Assembly (NCBI GenBank): GCA_031425115.1
Contig: JANPIT010000213.1
Location: 1-43,153 of the forward strand
From: Opitutaceae bacterium
GTDB taxonomy: Bacteria > Verrucomicrobiota > Verrucomicrobiia > Opitutales > Opitutaceae
Direction: 5' to 3'
Length of the DNA: 43,153 nucleotides
The position numbers and the translations under genes were made by a program. Of this stretch, positions 28,555-36,357 are shown one piece after another (position 1 is the first letter of the stretch; each line of letters opens with the position of its first letter). The notes under the pieces were generated by a model. It searched no databases. It was not told the DNA's origin and worked only from the letters and a program-made list of their open reading frames with translations.

Positions 28555-29601
28555 ATGACCTTCCGCCCGCTCATTCTGCTCTTCGCGTTCTCGACCGCCC
28601 TCCTCGCCGCCGCCCAGCTCGATGCGCCGCCGCCCGGCGCTTTCACGATCGTCGTCATCCCTGACACGCAGGGCTACGACGGCCGCGCCACCAAACGCAC
28701 GCCCGACAGCACCGCACCGCTCACGAACCCCGTCTTCCAAAATCACACCCGCTGGATCGCCGAAAACATTCGCGCACAAAATATCGTCTTCGTTTCCCAC
28801 GTCGGCGACATCGTCGACATCAACAACGACGCGCAGTGGCAGCTCGCCCACGAGTGCCTCGATCGCCTGCACGGCCTGGTGCCCTACGGCCTCGTGGTCG
28901 GTAACCACGACATGACCTCGAAAGGCGACGCCACGCTCTTCCAGCGCTTCTTTCCGGCCACGCGCTTTCGCGATTTTCCGTGGTATGGCGGCTCCTACAC
29001 CCACGCACGGCCGGAGCAAAACGTCTCGGCGAACAACGTGAACAGCTTCCAGCTTTTCTCCGCCGGCGGTCTCGACTTCATCCACCTCGCCCTCGAATGC
29101 AACGCGCCCGACGACGTCCTCGCGTGGGCTGGCGCGCTCTTGGAAAAGCACTCAGCGCGTCGTGCCCTCATCACGACTCACATGGATCTCGGTCCCCTCG
29201 AGCGCCCGAAAGCCGACGACGGCTACTTCACCGATCCGAAGGGTCGGATGGGCTGGGTCAAGGTGCACGGCGCGCGCGGCAACAGCCCGCGACAAATGTG
29301 GGACAAGCTCTATCGTCATCACGCCAATCTACATTTCATTTTCTCCGGCGATCAAAGCCGCACCACCGCCATGCGCGTCGACGGGGAACGCAGTGTCGGC
29401 CAGGTGGTGCGCGCGCTGCTCTCCGACTACACGTCGTCGGGACCGTTGCGACTCTACCGTTTCGTGCCCACCGAAAACAAAGTCCACGTGATCACCTTCG
29501 ACACGACGAAACGCACACTCGTCGACTCCACCAAATACGTGCCCGACCGCTCCGACCACCAATTCACCCTCGACTACGCGATGACTCGCCCAAGCCCATG
29601 A
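28555..29601 (+). CDS. Secreted calcineurin-like metallophosphoesterase
   Basis: Signal peptide, then VVIPDTQ, HVGDIVD, VGNHD and ITTH. The final motif reads SGDQ instead of GHxH. Confidence 0.88.
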   Translation: MTFRPLILLFAFSTALLAAAQLDAPPPGAFTIVVIPDTQGYDGRATKRTPDSTAPLTNPVFQNHTRWIAENIRAQNIVFVSHVGDIVDINNDAQWQLAHECLDRLHGLVPYGLVVGNHDMTSKGDATLFQRFFPATRFRDFPWYGGSYTHARPEQNVSANNVNSFQLFSAGGLDFIHLALECNAPDDVLAWAGALLEKHSARRALITTHMDLGPLERPKADDGYFTDPKGRMGWVKVHGARGNSPRQMWDKLYRHHANLHFIFSGDQSRTTAMRVDGERSVGQVVRALLSDYTSSGPLRLYRFVPTENKVHVITFDTTKRTLVDSTKYVPDRSDHQFTLDYAMTRPSP

Positions 29602-31235
29602 ACTCACTCCGCCTCATCCCCTCCCTCCTGCTGACCGCGATGCCCCTTGCCGCGCATCAAGGTCATGAAACCACCGCGTGGAAACCCACGCCCTACGCCG
29701 ACCAACTCGCCTATGCGCCCCGCCCTCTGCCCGATCGGATCGTGCTCACGTGGGCGGGCGATCCGGCCACATCGCAAGCGGTCACCTGGCGCACCGACAC
29801 CAGCATCGTCCGCGCGCTCGCCGAAATCGCGATTGCCAACGACAATGGCCGCGACCTCAAGCCGCGCAGCGTGCCCGCCCGCACGGAATTGTTCAAAAGC
29901 GATTTGAGCGACGCTGCTTATCACAGCGTCAAGTTCACCGAACTCACGTCCGACACGCTCTACGCCTACCGCGTGGGCGACGGCGTAAACTGGAGCGAGT
30001 GGTTCCACTTCCGCACGGCGAGCAAGGAGCCCCGCGCGTTCACGTTTGTTTACTTCGGCGACGCGCAGAACGACATCAAGACGCACTGGTCGCGCGTATT
30101 TCGCGAATCGTTCCGCGATGCACCCCGCGCGGCGTTTACGCTCCACGCCGGTGACTTGATCAACAACGCGAACCGCGATGTGCAGTGGGGCGAGTGGTTC
30201 GGCGCCCCCGCGTGGGTCAACGCCACCATCCCCGTGATCGTCACGCCGGGCAATCATGAGCAATTCAACGACGGCGCCGGCTCCGAGGCGGACCGGAAAT
30301 GGACGGCGAAGGACGGTCGCACGATCGACGTCAAAGTCGCCCTGAAAGCCGAGAAGGACGCCGCGGGTAAAACGACCCGCACGCGGGTCTTTGCTCAGTC
30401 GACAGATGGCCAGACCGGCATCATCACGCTCGGCGCCGACGACCTCATCACTGCCGTCGACGCCGGCATCACCAAGATCACGGGCTACGCCGAGGCCGAA
30501 CTCGTCGCCCAGCAGCCGGACAAACGTCCGCTGCGCGACCGTATCGCCAATCCGGGCACGCGAACGCTCAGCCACCACTGGCGCCCTTCGTTCACGCTAC
30601 CCGAGCAAGGCATGCCGGCCGGGCTCGAGGAAACGTGCTACTACATCGATTACCAAGGCGCCCGCATCATCTCGCTCGAATCGAATCGCCTGCAGAAGGA
30701 GCAGATTCCGTGGCTGCGCGAGACCTTGAAGAGCAACCCGCACCGTTGGACGATCCTCACGTTCCACCATCCGATCTTTTCGCCCGCGAATAACCGCGAC
30801 AACCCCGAGCTGCGGGCTGCCTGGAAACCGATCTTCGACGAGTTCAAAGTCGACCTCGTGCTCACCGGTCACGACCACACCTATGCTCGCAGCGGCGACA
30901 TCAGTGGCCGGGGCGGCTCAATCAACATTCCGGCGGGCTACAACCAGGCCTACGATCCTGCGATCGGCACCGTCTACGTCGTCTCCGTGAGCGGTCCGAA
31001 AATGTATAACGTCACGACGGACTTCGCCGTGCGCTCCGCCGAAGACACGCAGCTCTACCAGATCATTCACGTCGACCTCGAAGAAATCCGCTACGAGGCG
31101 CGCACCGCGACCGGCCGGCTCTACGATGCGTTCACGTTGAAGAAGCGCGCCGGCCGCGCCAACGAGCTCGTCGAAACGCTGCCGCCCGAGCGCCGCCGCG
31201 CGACGCCGCCCGCGAAAAAATCCGCCGCGGACTGA
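29598..31235 (+). CDS. Secreted purple-acid-phosphatase-family metallophosphoesterase (FN3-like N-domain) with a ~100-aa insert
   Basis: ATG at 29598 overlaps the upstream TGA. Signal peptide, PDRIVLTW...VTWRT...YAYRVGDG..WSEW, then FGDAQN, HAGDL, PGNHE, FHHP and TGHDHTYAR. Confidence 0.92.
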   Translation: MNSLRLIPSLLLTAMPLAAHQGHETTAWKPTPYADQLAYAPRPLPDRIVLTWAGDPATSQAVTWRTDTSIVRALAEIAIANDNGRDLKPRSVPARTELFKSDLSDAAYHSVKFTELTSDTLYAYRVGDGVNWSEWFHFRTASKEPRAFTFVYFGDAQNDIKTHWSRVFRESFRDAPRAAFTLHAGDLINNANRDVQWGEWFGAPAWVNATIPVIVTPGNHEQFNDGAGSEADRKWTAKDGRTIDVKVALKAEKDAAGKTTRTRVFAQSTDGQTGIITLGADDLITAVDAGITKITGYAEAELVAQQPDKRPLRDRIANPGTRTLSHHWRPSFTLPEQGMPAGLEETCYYIDYQGARIISLESNRLQKEQIPWLRETLKSNPHRWTILTFHHPIFSPANNRDNPELRAAWKPIFDEFKVDLVLTGHDHTYARSGDISGRGGSINIPAGYNQAYDPAIGTVYVVSVSGPKMYNVTTDFAVRSAEDTQLYQIIHVDLEEIRYEARTATGRLYDAFTLKKRAGRANELVETLPPERRRATPPAKKSAAD

Positions 31236-31262
31236 TTTCCTAAACTCGATTGGCTCCGCGGA

Positions 31263-33038
31263 TCACGCCGCCGCCGGCGCCTTCCGTTTCTCGATCAGCG
31301 CGAGCAGCAAATCGCCTTTCGCGAGGCTGCCGCGCAATAACCCGTCGCGCTCCACCACGGGCAGTCGTTCCGCGACGATGCCCATAAAGCCGGCCAGCGC
31401 TTCGGTCAGCGGCTGGTCGGGCGCAACGCGCGGAAAATCTTCGCGCAGGATGTCGCGCGCGATCACCAGCTCCGCGATGTCGGGCTCGCTCAGATACGGC
31501 TTGATGTCATGCAGCGATACGACGCCCAGAAATTTCCCTTCCGAATCGACGACGTAGAGATTGTTCACGCGCAGGCGTAGAAACATCCGTGCGATGTCGG
31601 CGTAGTGGGCGGTCGGCAGCACCGTGGGTGGATCTGCTCGCATCAAGTCAGCAACCCGCCCCTCGCCCAGCCCGGGATCCGGCGCCGCCGCCGCCTTGCG
31701 TTTCAGGGCGTCGCTGTAGAGCGAGGAGCCCTCGAGACTTTTCGAGGTGTAATAGGCGATGACGCTGCAGAGCAACAACGGGAGGATGATGTCGTAGCTC
31801 AGCGTCATCTCGAACAGCATGATGACCGCCATGATCGGCGCATGGCTCGCGGCCGACAAAAACGCACCCATGGCCACCAGCGCAAACGCCCGCGGATCCT
31901 GCGCACCCAACGGCCAGAAATGATTCAACGCCGTGCCGAAGAGCAGGCCCGCCCCCGCGCCCATGAAGAGCGACGGCGTAAACACGCCACCCGGCGCGCC
32001 CGACCCAAACGAGGCCATCGTCGCGAGCCACTTGCAGGCGAAGAGCCCGAGGATCGAAGTCCAAAGGATCTTCCCGTTCACGATCTCGACCACCACCGAG
32101 TAACCGTTGCCGCAGACTTGCGGGACATTGATCGCGATCGCGCCCACCGCGAGCCCACCAAGCGCGAGACGCGCGATCAGGGGAAGGCCCAGCGAGACGA
32201 AAAGTTTCTCGGCGTGTTTGAGCGAAAGAAGAAAAACGGGCGCCAGCACCCCCATCAGCAAGCCGAGTCCGATGTATCCAGGCATCTCCCACACGGAGAC
32301 CTGGGAAAAAGCCGGCACCTTGTAGAGCACATGCGCCGCGGTGAGCACCTGCACCGTGAGCGTGGCCGCGACAGCCGAGACGACCAGCGGGCCCAGACTC
32401 TCCATCGCGATCGTGCCGAGGATGATCTCCGCGACGAAAAACGACCCCGCAATCGGCGCGTTGTAAGCGGAGGCGATGCCAGCCGCTGCACCGCACGCCA
32501 CCAGCAGTCGCAATTGCGGGGGAGTAAATTTGCGCCACTTGCCCAGCCGCGAGGCGACGACGGCCGCCAGTTGCACCATGGGACCCTCGCGGCCGATCGA
32601 CCCTCCCGAGCCGATCGAGAACAACGCCGCGGCAGACTTCACCAGGCTCGCTCGCGTGGGCACATCGCCGTTGCCGATCACGATCGCCTCCATGTAGTCC
32701 GTCGAACTTTGCGCGCGCGTGAGGCGTTGGCCGAAAACCAGGATCACCCCGGCCGCCGCGCCGCCAAGGGTCGGAACGAGCAGGCAACCCCACCACGGCA
32801 ACCGCGCCATGGAGTCGACGACCCCGAGGCTCGAATTCCCGAACCAGTCGTGAATCCGCTCCGTGAGCGTGGTGAAAAGGATCGACGCCAACGCTCCGAG
32901 GAAGCCAGCCAGCGCGGCCCACATCAGCGTGACCTGCCATTCCGTCGGTTGCAGTTTTTCCTGGACCCAGACGCGCCACCGCAGGAGTCGCAGCAAGCGG
33001 CGCATCAACAGGCCGGCGGGATCCGTCACCGCCTTCAT
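31263..33038 (-). CDS. ClcB-like chloride channel/transporter with C-terminal CBS pair
   Basis: Motifs GSIGREGP, AAGIASAYNAP, GGVFTPSL and LYS, many hydrophobic helices and two CBS domains at the C-terminus. Confidence 0.93.
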   Translation of the reverse strand: MKAVTDPAGLLMRRLLRLLRWRVWVQEKLQPTEWQVTLMWAALAGFLGALASILFTTLTERIHDWFGNSSLGVVDSMARLPWWGCLLVPTLGGAAAGVILVFGQRLTRAQSSTDYMEAIVIGNGDVPTRASLVKSAAALFSIGSGGSIGREGPMVQLAAVVASRLGKWRKFTPPQLRLLVACGAAAGIASAYNAPIAGSFFVAEIILGTIAMESLGPLVVSAVAATLTVQVLTAAHVLYKVPAFSQVSVWEMPGYIGLGLLMGVLAPVFLLSLKHAEKLFVSLGLPLIARLALGGLAVGAIAINVPQVCGNGYSVVVEIVNGKILWTSILGLFACKWLATMASFGSGAPGGVFTPSLFMGAGAGLLFGTALNHFWPLGAQDPRAFALVAMGAFLSAASHAPIMAVIMLFEMTLSYDIILPLLLCSVIAYYTSKSLEGSSLYSDALKRKAAAAPDPGLGEGRVADLMRADPPTVLPTAHYADIARMFLRLRVNNLYVVDSEGKFLGVVSLHDIKPYLSEPDIAELVIARDILREDFPRVAPDQPLTEALAGFMGIVAERLPVVERDGLLRGSLAKGDLLLALIEKRKAPAAA

Positions 33039-33221
33039 CGCTGCACGACCGAGTCGGAGGCCACAGGATCGGGATGCGCAAAAAATTCAGTCGGCGAACT
33101 CAAGGCAGCTCGAACGCTAGGCCGCGGGGCCCGGGAAACAAGCTCCGCGTGCGGCTTCTCTCGATACCGCTCCCCGCGGAAGGCTTGCAGGCACGAGGGT
33201 TTTTTTCACGATCCCGAGGCG

Positions 33222-33500
33222 ATGAGCGCGAAACCCACGAAGAAAAGCGCGAACAGCCCGGTGCCACCCGCGGCGCGCGTCACTGAACCGATCCTGGCTT
33301 CTTCGGGCCAGGCGACCGCGCCCGCCGCGGCCTTGGAGGCGCCCCCGTCGTGGCTCGATTCCAGCGACCCCCGCAAACGGATGTGGGGAAAAATAGTTTT
33401 CGTGGGCGTCTGGATTTATGTCGCGGCCTTGATGCTGCTCGCGCTCGACCAGACTTTTAACTGGGGCATTTTCGGGCCGAAGGTGACGCCGGGGCCTTGA
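33222..33500 (+). CDS. Small single-pass membrane protein (92 aa)
   Basis: MSAKPTKK... with a Pro/Ala-rich N-terminus, then the TM segment WGKIVFVGVWIYVAALMLLALDQTFNWGIFG. It fills the gap between two minus-strand genes. Confidence 0.7.
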   Translation: MSAKPTKKSANSPVPPAARVTEPILASSGQATAPAAALEAPPSWLDSSDPRKRMWGKIVFVGVWIYVAALMLLALDQTFNWGIFGPKVTPGP

Positions 33501-33576
33501 GCCGCGGCGGTTGAAACCCGCCTCTCCGCAGACTTGCTCACCGGGGCTGCGTTTCGGGTCACACCCCCGCCGCTGC

Positions 33577-36258
33577 TCAATCGATCGTATACGGCTCCTG
33601 CACTTCGTCCGACTCCGACTGCGCGGTGAGAGTCACCAGACTGCGCAGCGAGGTGAAGTGCTGACTGAGATCGAAATCGCCCCCGAGGCCGCCGATCAGT
33701 TTGTCGAAGAGATCCTTCTTCGACGCTTTCAGCGCCTGGATGCGCTCCTCGATCGTGCCGGCGGTCACCATGCGATAAACGAACACCGTATTCGTCTGGC
33801 CGATGCGATGGACCCGATCGACCGCCTGCGCTTCGACGGCCGGATTCCACCACGGGTCGAGCAGGAAGACGTAGTCCGCCGCATGCAGCGTGATGCCGGT
33901 GCCCGCCGCCTTGAGCGATACCAGCATCGCCGCCGCACCTTGCGCGGTCTGGAAACCTTGCACCGGCTTGAGCCGATCGAGCGTCATGCCTGTGAGCTCG
34001 AAGCGCGCGAGGTCCGGGAAGTGTTTCGTCAACGCCTCGCGGACGCGTTCGAGCAACATGACGAACTGCGAGAAGATGACGACCTTGTGCCCGCTGGCGA
34101 CAATCTCGGTCAGTTTCTCCAGCAGCAAGTTGATCTTGCCCGAGTCGGAGAGCGGCGCTGTGAGCCAAGGCAACATGTCGGGATCGCAACACGTTTGGCG
34201 CAAGCGCGTAAGCAGCGCGAGAAAGCCAAATGATTTCTCGCGCATCGCGGCGCCTACGTCGTCGCCGAGGCGCTCGAGACCTTCCGAGCAGATGCGGGCA
34301 TATTCCGTCCGCTGCACATCGGTCATCGGACAGATCAGATCCATCTCGAGCTTCGGCGGCAGCTCGGTCGCGACTTCCTTTTTCGTGCGGCGCAGGATGA
34401 AGGGCGCGAGCTGCGCGCGCAGCCGCAGCAGCGTGCCATCGCGATCCGCGTTCAGCGCCGCCTCAAACGACGTCCGCGAGCCCAGCAGGCCGGGCAGGAG
34501 GAAACGGAAGATGCTCCAGAGATCGAGCTGCCGATTCTCCAATGGCGTGCCGGTGAGGACCAGGCGATGGGTCGAGCGCACCGCGAAACACGTCTGTGTG
34601 ATCTTCGCATCCGGGTTCTTGATGAACTGCCCCTCGTCGAGCACGGCGTAACCAAAATCCACCTGCTCGAGCAGCGCGCGATGCTTGCGCAGCTGGGTGT
34701 AGCTCGCGATCCAGATCACGGGATCTTTGCGCTGCGTGAAATCGTGACCCGTCTTCAGCACATCGACGGCGAGATGCGGAAAAAATTTCGCGATCTCTTC
34801 GCGCCAAACCGGCACCACGCTGGCCGGGCACACGATCAGATTCGGACGATCCGCCAGCGGCCGGGCGGCCAGCAGCGAGAGCACCTGCAAGGTCTTGCCC
34901 AAGCCCATTTCGTCCGCGAGGAGGCCGTGACAGCCGACGTCGCAAAGGTGATGCATCCACTCGACTCCGCGCCGCTGATACGGCCGCAAGAGCTCGGGCA
35001 GAGCGGGCGGCGCTGGCGGCGGCGCGAGCACGCTTTGGCGCCATGCTTCGATTTCGGGCGACAGCGTGAGCTTGAGGCGTGCGTCGTTGAAAAGAGAGAA
35101 AATGAGATACGGCGAAAGTGACGTCGGCTCGCCGTTGGGCACGTTCTGCGTCTCTTCGACGTTTTTCTGCCACGCACTAAACGTTTCCCACTTGTCCGCC
35201 GGCAGCGCGACAATCCCGAGGTTCGGCAGAATGACCGGCTGGCCGCCCCGCTTGAGCAACGCGTTGACCTCGCTGTCGGTGAGCATGCGTTCGCCCGCGC
35301 GGAAAATCCACCGCAGGTTCAGCGCGGCGTGCTCCCCTCCGCCGTTGCCGCTCGCGGGTGCCCGCTCGGCGACGGCTTCGATCTCCACGATGCGCGTGCC
35401 CTTGAGTAAATTCGCGGATTTGTCGTCGAGCTCGATCACGAACATCTTCTTCCACGCCGGCAGAACCGTCTTTAAAAAATTCGGGATCTCGACCAGCGAC
35501 TCCATCACGTAGACGCCAGTTTCCTGATTGTAGTGGAAGTGCGCTTTGCGCGCGTAGGCCGCGAGGCCGATCAATTTCGCGCGCTCTCCGGATGAGACGT
35601 GGCCGTTGCCATTCGCGTGAGCATCGGGCCCGAGCGCGGGATGTTTGGTCTTCTTGTCCGCATCCAGCCACGTCGCCTGAAACGTCAGCCCTGCCGTCTT
35701 GGTTTTGAACACCAACACCAGCGAGCGCGAGGGACCCGCGTGAGTCGTCGCCGCGAGGGCGCCTGCGCCGCCGTTGGAGGCCGCACCGCGACTGGATCCG
35801 GCGTGGCCGTTACCGGCAGCGGCGGCCGCGGCGCGGGCGGCGCCGCCCCCAAAACTGTTCCCGGCGTGGTGGCCGGGGCCATGGCCGTTGCCATTGGAAA
35901 TCTTCGGCGGGTCGCTGGGCAGCGGGGAAATTTCATCCGCCACCAGCTCTTCGATCTCATGCAATCCTGCCACCGCCAACGCGTGGGCCAGCTCACGATC
36001 AGTCGACGATGAGCGCACGCTCAGGCCCTCAGGCGTCCACTCGATCACCGCATACTCGTCCTTTTTCTCCACCCGACGGTGCACGATGGCATCCTTGTCG
36101 GTGAGTTCCAACTCGCGCACCTCGCTCGCAACATAGATCTGCCGGCCTTGCTCGAGCTGCAGTGCAGTGAACGCGCCTGCCCAGTCATTTTCGAGTTTAC
36201 CAAACCAGAACTCGAGCGAATGGGGTGTATAGACGCGCTTTGGCCCGTGGGACTGCAT
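33577..36258 (-). CDS. SNF2-family DEAD/DEAH helicase
   Basis: Motifs LRPYQRRG, LADEMGLGKT, LDEGQFIKN, LTGTPLEN, ILRRTK, FSQF, SLKAAGTGITL, DPWWNP and QAVDRVHRIGQ. Start is 36258 (ATG) or 36309 (TTG). Confidence 0.95.
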   Translation of the reverse strand: MQSHGPKRVYTPHSLEFWFGKLENDWAGAFTALQLEQGRQIYVASEVRELELTDKDAIVHRRVEKKDEYAVIEWTPEGLSVRSSSTDRELAHALAVAGLHEIEELVADEISPLPSDPPKISNGNGHGPGHHAGNSFGGGAARAAAAAAGNGHAGSSRGAASNGGAGALAATTHAGPSRSLVLVFKTKTAGLTFQATWLDADKKTKHPALGPDAHANGNGHVSSGERAKLIGLAAYARKAHFHYNQETGVYVMESLVEIPNFLKTVLPAWKKMFVIELDDKSANLLKGTRIVEIEAVAERAPASGNGGGEHAALNLRWIFRAGERMLTDSEVNALLKRGGQPVILPNLGIVALPADKWETFSAWQKNVEETQNVPNGEPTSLSPYLIFSLFNDARLKLTLSPEIEAWRQSVLAPPPAPPALPELLRPYQRRGVEWMHHLCDVGCHGLLADEMGLGKTLQVLSLLAARPLADRPNLIVCPASVVPVWREEIAKFFPHLAVDVLKTGHDFTQRKDPVIWIASYTQLRKHRALLEQVDFGYAVLDEGQFIKNPDAKITQTCFAVRSTHRLVLTGTPLENRQLDLWSIFRFLLPGLLGSRTSFEAALNADRDGTLLRLRAQLAPFILRRTKKEVATELPPKLEMDLICPMTDVQRTEYARICSEGLERLGDDVGAAMREKSFGFLALLTRLRQTCCDPDMLPWLTAPLSDSGKINLLLEKLTEIVASGHKVVIFSQFVMLLERVREALTKHFPDLARFELTGMTLDRLKPVQGFQTAQGAAAMLVSLKAAGTGITLHAADYVFLLDPWWNPAVEAQAVDRVHRIGQTNTVFVYRMVTAGTIEERIQALKASKKDLFDKLIGGLGGDFDLSQHFTSLRSLVTLTAQSESDEVQEPYTID

Positions 36259-36357
36259 CAATCTAAAAACGGCGACCGTAGAACCCGACACCTCTGGTGC
36301 AATCTCCAATTTCGTAGGTAATTAGTGCAGGTAGAAGGCACGATATCCACGAAAGGC

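Noticed and set aside
28980-29597. N-terminal extension of the 751-aa ORF, suggesting a fusion or frameshift
   Set aside because: It overlaps the upstream phosphoesterase in another frame. A signal peptide begins at ATG 29598 with an ATGA overlap.
1-31235. The island as a recent horizontal acquisition
   Set aside because: No integrase, tRNA, flanking repeats or visible compositional shift relative to the housekeeping part (judged by eye only).
31605-33221. First 539 codons of the 631-aa plus-strand ORF
   Set aside because: Antisense to the CLC channel gene and Arg-rich. Only the part from ATG 33222 is credible.
33577-36258. SNF2 helicase as part of an anti-phage system
   Set aside because: No adjacent methylase, nuclease or other defence gene. 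The neighbours are waaA and a CLC channel.
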